Shown here: piece by piece, positions 36,801 to 48,898 of the stretch
Position numbering within the stretch: the first letter of the stretch is position 1
Layout of the letters: the number at the start of each line of letters is the position of its first letter
Source of the DNA: Felis catus
Lineage: Eukaryota
Assembly (NCBI RefSeq): GCF_018350175.1
Contig: NC_058368.1
Coordinates: 133,116,001-133,180,000, forward strand
DNA: 64,000 nt
Reading direction: 5' to 3'
Made by a program: the position numbers and the translations under genes
Notes under the pieces: generated by a model
The model's input: the letters and a program-made list of their open reading frames with translations, nothing else
Databases searched by the model: none
What the model was told of the DNA's origin: nothing

Positions 36801-37999
36801 AAATATAAAGTTATAGAAGAAAAAATGGACTGAAGGACATGCCCCAAAGTCCTGGTAGTGATTCTCTGGGAGTGAAGGTTCTGGGTGAGAGTGCACGTCG
36901 GGGGATGAGGCTCATGAGAAAAAGAGACAGCAAATGAAATCACTAATTCTGCATGATGGCAGTATGGACTTCCAAGAATGTTGTTACTTGGTGTTTTGGG
37001 GTATTGTTCTGAAGTGAAGTCTTAAAACAGGAAAAACACGTTGCACCTTGGCATTAACGTAGGTGTAAAGCTGGGAGCCAATCAAGGGCTCAGATGAAGG
37101 AAGAACACCACAAAGGCAAGGACCAAGTGTTGTGATTGTTGTATGAAGCTCATAGTAGTTGCTCAGTTAGTGCTCGTAGTTGCAGGTTTGACTTTAAATG
37201 CTCACCCTCTTTATTCCTGGGCATTTCAACCCCTTTGCACAGCTTTCTTTCTCACAAGGTCCAAGGTTGTTCTTGTCATTCTCTGTATTCTTGACCTGCT
37301 GTTTCTGCGGTCCCTGACCTGGCACCTCTGCAGTGATTAGAGCTCTTTTAGTTCATTGCAGAATGTCAGGCCTTCCTGTGTTTTCACATCATTGGGGCCA
37401 GCGTTGAGGACTGGGAAGATGGAAAGGACACATCCTCAAAACCTTGCCTTAAAGACCAGCTCCCTGTGCTGGTCAGGACGCCTAGGTCAGGATACCTAGC
37501 AGGTACCTGAGGTCAGGCTGCCCCCCAGGGAGAGCCGTTTCTGGACTCAGGACACTGAGGCAGCTGAAAGAGGACAGTGAAAGGAAGGCTGCATGTTTCT
37601 GACAAATTGTCACCTCTGCTGGTGGGGTATTTGAGGAGGCACAGCTCCCAGATGCATTTGCATTTCAACACGTGACTTGGTCCCAGGAACACCTCTAGGA
37701 TTCAAGACAGAATCTCTTTAAGGTGAGATTTGAGTACCTTGAGTCTAAGGGGCGGGACATCTGTGGCAGGGGCGAGATCATGACTTACAAGTGGGTAGCC
37801 CTGGCTTGAACCCCTTCCTGGTCCTGCTGACCCCAGCTGCTAAGTCTTCTCAGAGCAGAGTGCCTTAAGAAGCCCCTGTCCCATTGGCCTCTTTCTTACC
37901 CCATCCATGCCACTGTCCCTCTGCTGGCTGTAGGGTTCTGGGACAGAGAGAATTCCTTTCTGGGAGGAGCTGGGTTGGGCAAGAGCCATACAGACTACG

Positions 38000-38470
38000 T
38001 GGATTTGCATCCCTGTCCTGCCACGTACCAGCTGTAGACTTGGGGCAATTACTTAAACTCAGTATATCTCAGTTTCTGCATCTGTGAAATGGGGATAAAA
38101 ATGGTACCTACCTCATAGTGTTTCTGTGAGGATGAAATGAGTTATTTTATGAGGAGTACTAAGGACTGCTAGCAATTCCTGGCACATAATGAGTATGTGT
38201 TCATTAAATATATGGAACAGTAGTGTGGAAGTGAATGCCGGGGGGACGGGGGCTCCAAGGAGCAGTGAATCTGATACATAGGGGTTTCAATTTGTACTCT
38301 GCTACCTACAAGCTATGTGCCCTTGGACGAGCCTCTTCAAGTCTCAGTTTATCATTTGTAAAATGGAGGTTGTACCTGAACCAAGTGCTTGTGAGAATTA
38401 ATTGAGATAAGAGATGTAAAATATCTAGCAGGGTGTTCGTCATACCTAGTAAGTATTCCGTAAATGTCTC
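38000..38470 (+). mobile_element. Two tandem MIR copies
   Basis: ctcagtttctgcatctgtgaaatggggataa…gtgaggatgaaatgag and ctcagtttatcatttgtaaaatggag…gtgagaattaaattgagataa. Confidence 0.8.
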
Positions 38471-39369
38471 ACTGAAGATTTAACTTGTGTTTTGCATGAG
38501 ATGAGATCAGCGTGGTGAAACTCGGAGAGGTGGCTTTGTCCTTTGGGAGGGATGGGCAGGGGAGAGGAGAGGTGGGGACATGGGGAAGGGGATGGAGTGC
38601 AATGAAGGGATGGAAGGAGCGGATGAGAGCTCTGCTCTCTGGGGACAATCAGTAGCTTTCTTTGGGTGTTACAACATCGATTGCACTTCAAAAAGGAAAG
38701 GAAAAAATCTGCTTACTCTCGGACAGCGTAGCTAGCATGGGACCAAGAGGGCCAGAGGATTCTTACCGTGTGAACTGATTCTGCCAGAGAGCTCCTGAGA
38801 ACTCTGGCGTCTGGGGAACAGCTGGGGAGGGAGAGACAGAACATCAGCTATGAGCTGCTTTCTTGGGAACCCATGCTGTGGGTGGGTATCCTGAGCGAAA
38901 CTTGACATTGAAGTCAACTGTCTTCCCTCAGAGGACCAAGGGCACTGGATCACTGCAGGCTAGATGGGGGTCTTAGGCTGGGAATGAACACATTTCAACA
39001 ACCACTCTGGTGGCAGCAGGGAAGCAGGATGGGAGCAGACTGGTGCTCTCCTGGGTGAGTGTGGAAGGCAGACTGGCTGTTACCTTGAGGCTGTAGTTAG
39101 GCAAAATACTGGACTTGTTGCTGTAGGCTACGTGGGTGATTGTGCCAGTTTTTGTTTTGTTTTTTAGAAAAGAGGGAGAGTGAGACTGCGTGAGAGAACC
39201 ACGCTCTGAATTAGAGGAGAAGGTCTTTCTTCTTATATCTTTTTGGATGAACAATGAGAGCGTTCTTTAATGTTTCTGGAGTTCAGGAAAAGTGGCTGTT
39301 CTGTGACAAGAAATGTAGGAGCTGGACACGTGCCCTTCCTCACACAGGGTTCCTACAACACGTATTTGA

Positions 39370-39582
39370 ATTGTGTAAAAAATGTTTATTTATTTTTGAG
39401 AGACAGAGAGAGACAGAGTGTGAGCAGGGAGGAGCAGAGAGAGGGAGACCCAGAATCCAAAGCAGGCTCCAGGCTCTGAGGTGTCAGCACAGAGCCTGAC
39501 GTGGGGCTCGAACTCAAGAACTGTGAGATCATGACCTGAGCTGAAGTTGGACGCTCAACTGACTGAGCCACTGACGGGTCCG
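39370..39582 (-). mobile_element. CAN-SINE
   Basis: TSD tacaaca(c/t)g(t/c)atttg at 39353-39367 / 39583-39597. Confidence 0.93.
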
Positions 39583-42381
39583 TACAACATGCATTTGTAA
39601 CCACTTTGAAATTTGTCTTTTACTTCTCCCATTTAATTATCACACCATCTCTGAGAGCCAATATTTCTGTCCATTTTAGAGATAAACTCGAAGGCTGAAG
39701 AGGCCCTAGGAACTTGCTCCAGGTCTCATGTGGATGTGGTGCCGTCTGATCCGACATTCCACGTTGTTTCCAGGACCCTATTATCCCCATGAGATTTCAC
39801 TGTTCTTGGGTGACATGTTCCTTATGTTGGAATTGTGTATAATGGCAGTTCTGTTGTGCAAATTCATTTTCCTGTAGTGCTGGGAGTGTAGGCTGAAGTC
39901 CATAAATAATACATAAATTAGTATGTTGAGCTGATTCCTGCCTTTTCTTCTACCAAGCCTTCAGTTCTCCCTGAGATCAATAGAGCTTAAAAGAAAAGAA
40001 AAAGCCAACTCAGCTTTTGTGTGGATCCTGGACCTTGCTCTCACACAGACCCCCTTCCTGGAGTGGAAGCCATGCCTGACAGCTCAGCTTTGTTGTCACT
40101 AATGAGTGGGGACGCAATTGTGCATTCAGAATCTAGTAAGGACGAAGCCAGCACACTTGGATCCACACTGCTGATTAAACACAGTTGAAAAGACCTTTCT
40201 TTTTGAGGGGATGTTTAAGAGGAGAGGCAGAGAGAGAGGTGTGTGAGCTCTGTCTGTGTGCACAGTGCTTCCTCTGAACCAAGGCTGTGCCAGAGGCTGC
40301 CACACTTTCCGTGGTGGAAAGCAGAGGTGAAATCACACAGATGAAATAAAACGAAAGGTAACCAAAGAAGAAAACAGCAACAACTTAACACAATCAGAAA
40401 TAACAACCATGTAACGACGGGAAGAAATGACCCAATGAGGACGTAGAGCTGCTGTCAACCCAAAGGTGGCGCTTTGGTGCAAGGTGGGAAAAGGCACTCC
40501 CACCGGGCACACATAGTTTTGTGTGGGCTGCATTTCTGGACTCACCCTTCATCCAAGCCCCCTCAGGCACGGAGCCGACTCACAGGTGTACCTGGGCCCT
40601 GAGTGTCCAGGTTGTATTGTCAGCTTTTCCTTTTCTCAGATTTTTCTTTTTTAAACCAGGCTCAGTAGCTACTATTTTTCTAGGGCTATGAAGCTGCAGC
40701 CTCTGACTTGATATGTAGATAAAAGATTTTGCGGGGATAAGAGGTAGAGAGAGCTTTAATGAGAAGAGCTTAGACCACTTTCAAAGGTCCTCCACCATGC
40801 ACAGAGGGGCCCAGAGCTGGCGGAACACTGGGGACACACAGTGGGTGACACGTGGTGGCAGTGGGCTCTTGCTTGTGCGAAGGCCTTGCTCTGATGAGCA
40901 GGGGCAATCGGGGGACTGTTTGAACAGACCAAAGAAAAATATCAAAAGGCAAATTGGAGTCAGGGAGAAAATGAATAGCCCATGATCTCCAAGGGAGATT
41001 ACAGAGGTAATGACAAAGCAGTCAGGTTTTAGAAGGGGTTGTTATGCCAAGAAAGGTAATTTTGTTCAACTTTTTTTTTTTTAAATGGAAAAGAGGATGA
41101 AGAGATCAGAACCAGTTAAATCATCACTGTCAGAAAAAAGATAAATCTTTCATTAGGAAACATTTCTTTGCATGCCCTTTTGACATTGAAGAATATATTT
41201 GGTGTAAAGATGTGGGGCTTTATCAAAATTGTAATATGCTAAAATAAACAAAACCATGGTGTGATGTTTTATTGGAGAAGAGCAGCCATAAAAAAAAAAA
41301 AAAGAAACGGAAGAGAACTTTCAAGATTAATGGTGTGTTTTCCCTATAGGAGCTTTGCTCTTTTTAATCATTTTTAAGATCCCTACTCATGGATGTTTGC
41401 ACATTCAGCAAACACAGTCGTGGATAACAAGAGGGGCTGCCTTGATGCCCTAGAGGTTCAGGTCCAGACTCCTCTCTGGAGTCTTTCAGTGCCTGTAAAG
41501 CTCCATTTCCTAAATAGGTTTCTCATCCCACACCACTGCTGAGACCTGGCTTCTGTCCTCAGAGGGTCCGCTCACCTCCCCACCACCCTACCGTCCACCT
41601 TTCTGATACCCCCAACTTCACCCAGGCACCCGCAGGCGCAGCCTGCTCTTCATTCTGGGACCCATGGGAAGGGACACAAGGAAGAGGCAGTCAGCTGCCA
41701 TGCCTGCTGGCACCTGGTGCTTGCGGTGGGCTCCTGCCTTCCTGCTGCCATCACTTCCCTCTCCATGCCTTCCCCCAGGCCGGATTGCGAGTCGGCCCAG
41801 TATCCTGTACTGGTGTGGTGTCTCACGACCCCTGCCACTGACTTCTGAAGGCTGTCACAAGTCACCTGTGCACTGTCTTCCCATCTCTCTTGCTGGAGCT
41901 CTGCCACTTGGCAGGATCTCACTCATGACCTGGGCTGTAGTTCCCTGTTCCCTGCCCTTTGTCAGCCTCCTGCTTCTCAGCACACTGTCCTCTGACTGCT
42001 GGGCTTCCTTCTTGTCTGTAGCTGGGTTTGAGCCTTGCTATCCGTCCTGTTCTCGTGGACAAATAGGTTTCTTGGGTGACCAAACCCCTGGTCTCGCTAA
42101 TAAAACTCTACCCCAATAGAAAGAGTTCATGGTTCATTTTCGAGCTCTGCCGTTAGCACAGCGTCTTCTGTGTGCCCGGTCCACTCTCTGGTGGCTTAGG
42201 CTCCTCAGCCTCCGCTCATTGGTTTTGATTCACCACGTGTCTCCATTACTCCTGTCGTGAGCTCCTTTATTCCTTCCCATTCTATGTGGCACATCGTAGC
42301 CTGGCTGTCTCTTTTTGTCTGTCTCTCCTTGTCCAATTTCTCTCTCTGTCTCTCTATATTTATATAGAGACATATGTAGAC

Positions 42382-42582
42382 TTTTTTTCTTTAATTTTTT
42401 TAAATTTATTTTTGAGAGAGCACAAGTGGGGGAGGAGCAGAAAGAGAGGGAGACAGAAGATCTGAAGTGGGCTCAGCGCTGACAGCAGTGAGCCTGATGT
42501 GGGCCTGAAACTCACAAACCACAAGATCGTGACCTGAGCCGTAGTCAGACGCTCAACCACTTGAGCAACACCCAGGAGCCCT
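42382..42582 (-). mobile_element. CAN-SINE
   Basis: SINE body and T tail. Confidence 0.9.
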
Positions 42583-42600
42583 TAGACATTTATTGACATA

Positions 42601-42840
42601 TAGCAAAGGCTTGGTTTGCAAGCATAATTCGTTCCAGAAACATGTGTGTCATCCAAAGTACTCGTATATGAAAGCGAATTTCAAGAACCATTGCTCAGCT
42701 GTGATCATGTGATGTTTGGCGACACGTACTACTCATAGTGTAAGACCTCGCTCATTTATCAAGTTAAAATGTATTAGAAATGTTTGCTCATCTTGTGGAA
42801 TGCTCACAGAAGAAGTTATTCCCAATGCAAGATTTTACTG
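42601..42840. mobile_element. TcMar-Tigger-like MITE
   Basis: Decayed TIRs tagcaaaggcttgg / gcaagattttactg followed by TA; internal gcataattcgttccagaaacatg. Confidence 0.6.
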
Positions 42841-43206
42841 TATATAGAGAGAGATTATGTGCAGACATTTTCATATAGATATTTCTCCAGGGCTGTGGTG
42901 AACACTACCACTGGACCCTGCCCAGGTCCCCATTACTGGGCCAGGGAGGCCATCCTCCAGCTGCTATGAGCACTGCCTGCTCATAGCTACTCCTTTCTCT
43001 AGAGCATTTTCCACTGCTGATACAAGAGCAGATGCCCCAATTCCCGGGGAGGTCCATAGCTGGTTCCCTTCGTACAAAACTAAACTTTTCCTGAGGTCAC
43101 ATCTTCGCTTAGCCCTTTCCTCTTTTCTATACTTCTTCACTTGCTCCCTCATAGGTTTTCCTTTCAATAAAGCATGTGTGTCTGAATCCTTGTCTCAGGC
43201 TCTGCT

Positions 43207-43210
43207 TTTT

Positions 43211-43300
<90 letters not shown>

Positions 43301-43412
43301 TTCCTTCCTTCCTTCCTTCCTTCCTTCCTTCCTTCCTTCCTTCCTTCCTTCCTTCCTTCCTTCCTTCCTTCCTTCCTCCCTCTCTTTCTGTCTGTCTGTC
43401 TGTCTGTCTGTC
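43207..43412. repeat. Compound (TTTC)n(TTCC)n(TGTC)n microsatellite
   Basis: Read directly. Confidence 0.97.
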
Positions 43413-43621
43413 TTTTTTTAATGTTTATTTATTTTTTTTAGAGAGAGAGGGAGCACAGATGCATTAGCCAGGGGGAGAACCAGAGAGAGACAGAGAAAGA
43501 ATCCCAGTTTCTGCGCCTTCAGCACGGGGCTTAACACAGGGCTTGATGCCACAAATGTGAGATCATGACCTGTGCCTAAACCCAGTCGGATGTTTAATCG
43601 ACTGGGCCACCCAGGCGCCCC
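43413..43621 (-). mobile_element. CAN-SINE
   Basis: Head rc cccaggcgcccc at 43610-43621. Confidence 0.9.
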
Positions 43622-44679
43622 AGCTCTGTTTCTAAGGAATATGACTTAGATAAAAACTCAGTTTACTTCTCTATAAAATGATGTAGGAACCTGAGTTAAT
43701 GAGCTCGGAGGTTCCTTTCTGTTGAGATAATCCAGAGTTCTTTTGTTATGTATATTCTTCTATTTTGCAAACAGACAAAGCTTAGAAGAAAACCAGTGAT
43801 AAAAATTGGACTAGCTTATTATTTGTGTAGCTGATTAGATAACTGACATAAACTAAGGGATGGCTTGGCCAGTTAGATTACAATACTTACTTTGATTGCT
43901 TCTGGCAATAGGATTTGAAGAAGTCTAGTGACCACTGTGGAGTCTTTTTATTAGCATGTATACCAAGTCCATGCAAAGTTCTTGTCTTGCTGAGCCCTGC
44001 AGACATTTCAGGATGCCGAGTTCTTGCAGTGTGGACCTAACTAGTCACTTCTACCAGCCTGACTTGTTACCTGTTGTCAGGGCAGGCATTTGGAAGTCTC
44101 ATGTGGTGTTCTTTGCATAGAGCAATTTGTAAGTCATTCAGAGCAATAAGCAGGACGTGTTCCAAATTATTTATATTTAGAAAATGTTCATTGCGCATGT
44201 GGCTATTTTCAATCTTGGCTTGGATCATGGAAAATCTGAAGGTGAATTAGATCATCAAAGTTAATGGCACAAACAACCCTGCAGACGAAAGGATCTTTCT
44301 CCAAATTAAAACTCTGTAACATAGTTCCTCCAGCACAAGGGTTCTAAGCATCCATTATTTCCCTTTTATATTCTTGACCATTGTCAAGTAGCCATGAATT
44401 GCTTTCACTTAGGAAATCTTGCTAAACTAAGCTACTGCACGGATGATTTTTGGTTTGGAACTCAAGACCTGACTTCTCTCTTTTATACTGACCTTATGTT
44501 GTTAACATGAAAGAACACTCAACACTCAAGTAGCTGACCAGTCCTTTATTTATTTATTTTTTTAGTGAGATAAAATTTAACTAAAAAAGCAAAAATTAGT
44601 AACTGTTAATTACTTATTATCACTTATTATTATACTTAATAACACTTTTCACATTGAAAATTTTATAACATACGTTTCC

Positions 44680-44896
44680 TAAAATTTTTTTAGTGTTTAT
44701 TTATTTTTGAGAGAGAGCGAGACAGAGTGCGAGTGGGGGGGAGGGGCAGAGAGAGAGGGAGACACAGAATGCAAAGCAGGCTTCATCCTCTGAGCTGTCA
44801 GCACAGAGCCTGAGGTGGGGCTCAAACCCACAAACTGTGAGATCATGACCTGAGCCAAAGTCATATGCTCAACCAGCTGAGCCTCCCAGGCGCCCA
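44680..44896 (-). mobile_element. CAN-SINE
   Basis: SINE body, head rc cccaggcgccc. Confidence 0.93.
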
Positions 44897-45084
44897 ACAT
44901 TAAACATTTTCTAAAGTAATAGTTGAAACTCTAAGATTCTATTAAAAGTTGCATTACAGCTCATACAGAATTATGTATATTTTTCTATTGTTACATTGAG
45001 ATTTGATGAAATTGTTTAAAAAACACAGGCCAAAATCTCCTGTTTGGGTTTTTTTTTTTTGTTCTTGTTTTGTTTTCTTTTTTA

Positions 45085-45260
45085 AGGTTTCCAAGGAAAA
45101 TGCAGGACACCCAGTTAAATTTCAATTGCAGTTACCAAACACATATATATATTTTTTACTATAAATATACCCCAAATGTTGTGTGGGATGTGCACATACT
45201 AAAAATAAATCAGTTATTTATTTATCTGGAATTCAAATATAACTGGGATCCTGTATTTGT
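45085..45260. mobile_element. MER53-like palindromic hAT MITE
   Basis: Inverted arms tgcaggacacccagttaaatttcaattgcag (45101-45131) / ctggaattcaaatataactgggatcctgta (45226-45255). Confidence 0.8.
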
Positions 45261-45261
45261 T

Positions 45262-45410
45262 AATGTTTATTTATTTTTAATTATTTATGTATTTATTTTA
45301 AATTTAAATCTAAGTTAGCATATAGTGAAATAATGACTTCAAGAGTAGAATTCAGTGATTCATCCCCTACACATAATACCCAGCGCTCATCCCAAACAAG
45401 TATTCTTAAT
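45262..45410 (-). mobile_element. Short carnivore L1 3' end
   Basis: T-rich tail, agtagaattcagtgattcatc…cccagcgctcatccca. Confidence 0.8.
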
Positions 45411-45844
45411 GAGGGGCTGACCAGTCTTAGCCATCAATGGGAGATAATAATCCCAAAGTGTTCTATGAGAATTGCTTTGGGAACCCTTGCTTGGCACACC
45501 TCCAACAGGGCTCCAAGTCAGCTCCCAGTGTCCCCTGAAATGCACACAATTCACCAAGATTATAGCAACCCTGAATTCAGAAGTAAGTGGTTCTCTGGTG
45601 CTTGTTGTTTTAGATCTGCACAGTTTTAGGCAGAGACCTTCTGTGGGGCTTGTATTTCCTTGGGCTGCACTTTTAGTGCTGATGGCAGTGCTGTGGTAGA
45701 AGATGGAAGGACTGTGAAGAATTGATATCTACACAAGGGCTGTATACTGACAACATGACCCTTTGCCCGAGAGAGCCAAGGAGTAGACAGCAAGCTCCTT
45801 TTACCCCTTGCTGTGTTTGTCTTTGGTTCCTATTTCTTAAAAAG

Positions 45845-46050
45845 TTTTTATTATTTTTATTTTTATTTTTGAGACAGAGAGTGTGTAAGTGCAGAGAGAG
45901 GCAGATGGAGAAGGAGAGAGAGAGAATCTTTAACAGGCTCCACACTCAGTGCAGAGCCCAACATGGGGCTTGATCTCACGACCCTGGGATCATCACCTAA
46001 GCTGAGATCAAGAGTTGGATGCTCAAACAGCTGAGCCACCCAGGCTCTCC
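45845..46050 (-). mobile_element. CAN-SINE
   Basis: SINE body; TSD gttcctatt. Confidence 0.9.
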
Positions 46051-46620
46051 AGTTCCTATTCCTCGAATCCAGAGCCATCTGTCTCCCAGGGTCCAGGGTC
46101 CAGGACACGTGGTCTGGAATGGTGCAAGGGAGCTAGGACCAGGAGGCAGAAATCCACACTGTACAGGCCAATGTGAGCTTGGCCAAGCCAGTACTTCCCA
46201 GGCAGAGATTTCCTCATCTGAAACAGAACAGGTTGAGGAGAAATGTCACTTTTAATGCAAAACTTGTGTTGTTTTAGACATGGTAAAGCCCCAGAAATCA
46301 AGACCAACTTCCTCATCGATAGATGAAGAAATGGAGCTCAGCCACTTCTCCTAACTCCTGAATCTGTGCTCAGAGTCACTTAGCAGTCCAGCTGTCATCA
46401 CCCTGACTACTTACTGAGCACCTACCAGGTTTGGTGTCTGTGGCCTTGTCACCCACCCTCATCTTTGATGATGTTGGCAACTGCTAGTCAGTTTCAGAGT
46501 ATAGTTTGAAAGGACTTTGAGTCCCACTTGACAGTTCTTGGCACCCAATTTGCATGCGTTTTTGTGTCTAGTGTGTGTAGAATGGATATGTAAAGAAGAA
46601 TTAAAATTTTCTCGTGTTCT

Positions 46621-46812
46621 GGGGCGCCTGGGTGGCTCAGTTGGTTGAGAGCCCAACTCTTGCTTTCGGCTAAGGTCATGTTCCCACAGTTGTGGGATTG
46701 AGCTCTGCATTGGACTCTGCACTAGGTATGGAGCCTGCTTAAGATTCTCTCTCTCTGCAGCTCTGCTCTGCTCATGTGCTTGCTCTCTCTCTCTCTCTCT
46801 CTCTCTCAAAAC
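46621..46812 (+). mobile_element. CAN-SINE
   Basis: ggggcgcctgggtggctcag head, (CT)n. Confidence 0.92.
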
Positions 46813-48362
46813 AAATTCTAGTTTTCCTAGCTCTTGACACACCTGCAGAAAGGGTAATGGATTCGATATTACAATACTCAGTTGGGGGTTGGGGTGGCTC
46901 TGGGCATAGACATGCTGGGACCCTTGGCTGTGGGCCTGTGCCCTGCTCAGAGCACAGCATGGTGGTGGCAGAGAGGTTGAGGAGTATGACACCAGATTGG
47001 TGATAGAGGGTGTGGAGTGTTTCTCAGCACATTTCTTAGTGATACTGACTTAAAAGGGCTGTGGAGCACTTCCTTCAAAGAGCTTGGTGACTACTCGGCA
47101 GGGATGCTGTTGTGAGTTGTCTTCCAGAGGTGAGCTGAAAGAAAGCTTACAGCCCTATGAGGATGGAGTTAGAACACAGGGATCCAGGGGAGAATCATCC
47201 CAAAGCCCTTGCTGGGAATCACTTCAGGTATGACAGTGGGGGCAGAGAAGGAAAGAAAAACAGAAAAACAAACCCAAAGGAAACTTTCATAAGTGAAGCT
47301 TTGTAGCATCCCTTGGTGAGTATGTCCCTTTCCGGGCAGAGGGAGGAAAGAGGCTAGCTCCCATTCAGGGCTATACCTTACTTGGGGGAAGATAGCAGGA
47401 TCTTCCATCAGTAAACTTAGGAATTTGGAGATCCATAAATTCTCCAGAAGAATGGGGAATTGAGTTTGTATTCAAACCGTTGAATAAAAACTTGATTTCC
47501 AAGTCTCTTGCATGGGTTGGGATAAGGATGTCTAGGGTGCCTCACCTGGACAAATGAGTCATGGAAACACCTCATCTATCCCCACCTTTCTTCATCTCAG
47601 AAATCCCTCACATGCCAGCTCAGACAGGTGAGTATGCACTTCTTGTTTTAATTCTTCCACTGAAAGGAAACTCATCATAGTATCTCTTGACAGTGGTAGA
47701 CTTGAACATTCCATTGCGGTACAGCCTTCGTTGGTAGAAACTGCTTCCTGGCACGAAATTAATCATGCCTCCCCTTGGTCATTGTTTTGTTCTCTAGATT
47801 GCCACGTTCACATTTATTGACTTTCAACGTGCTGTCGTTCAAATTCCCAAAAAGAGCTATTAGCTCTCAGCCACTTTCACTGTTCGCTCACCAAGGGTTT
47901 TCTTTTTCAGTTCATTCTCTTGTTGATCATATATAACAAAGCTCTAGATTGCTTCATATTTGTCTAAATGTTCTCTGCTTTGTTGGTATGAGCTATGGCC
48001 TGTCTTCTTTTTTCTCTCTATAGTCGGAGAAGGTCAGTTGTAACACTGGGTTTTTCTGTGTGTGGAGGCTGGGGATCTTCTGAGACTCTCTGAAGCATTT
48101 TCTGGTACTGTCTGGCCTGCTCTGTGCCTGGCAACAATGGTTGCCTAAAGGTGAGGGATTTTCCCAGGTGGAAATAGTTAGATGTTCCCAGTAAGTACAG
48201 AAAAACTAGATTGATAAAGACTGGCCTGTCCTCTTTGAGGATCTGCTTGCTCCCTAGAAGCAGTCTATTTTGTCCCAGACTGTGGTTCCCTAAAGCTCAA
48301 GGTTACAGCACAAAATTAACTTTGGCCCTACAGAAGAGTAGATATTGATATTCCTTCCTTCT

Positions 48363-48760
48363 ACCCATCCATCCATCCATCCATCCATCCATCCATCCAT
48401 CCATCCCCTCACATATGCATTCATTTATCCACATGCACTGAGCACGGACTACATCACAGGCCATATCCTAGGCATGGAGTCAGCACCTGTGAGATGTGGG
48501 TTCCTAACCTCTCTTCTCTCTTCTTGAGCCCCACTTCTCTTTGAGAAGCTAGAGGCCCAAAGAAGACTTAAGGAGATACAAGGAGATTCATACAGAGACT
48601 TAAGAAGATCACAATCGAAAATAAGTTTATAATAAACACTTCCAATTGAGGGACAAAATGGAACATCCTCATTTAAGGACTTTATGGAATCTGAGGCCAT
48701 GGGGTGGGAATGGGGGTAGGAAACTGGGAGATGGTGAGAAGTAGCAAGCTTCTTTCAAAA
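48363..48760 (-). mobile_element. (CCAT)n tail plus decayed L2 3' fragment
   Basis: (CCAT)n at 48364-48406, then cattcatttatccacatgcactgagcac…ctaggc. Confidence 0.55.
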
Positions 48761-48898
48761 AGCACATGCTTGGATCGCCATTTCTCCTTGTACTTAATTG
48801 AAGTCAATATACTTAATTTACTTCAGTTTACAGAAGAGAGTGAGAGTTCTTCACATTCATTACAATGGGGCCTGGATTTTTAAAAAATTCCCCAAACT

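Larger units (their letters stand above)
42895..43652 (+). mobile_element. ERVL LTR16-like solo LTR interrupted by a SINE plus microsatellite
   Basis: aataaagcatgtgtgtctgaatccttgtctcaggctctgctt…ctaaggaatatgacttagata resembles the LTR16 3' end. Confidence 0.65.
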
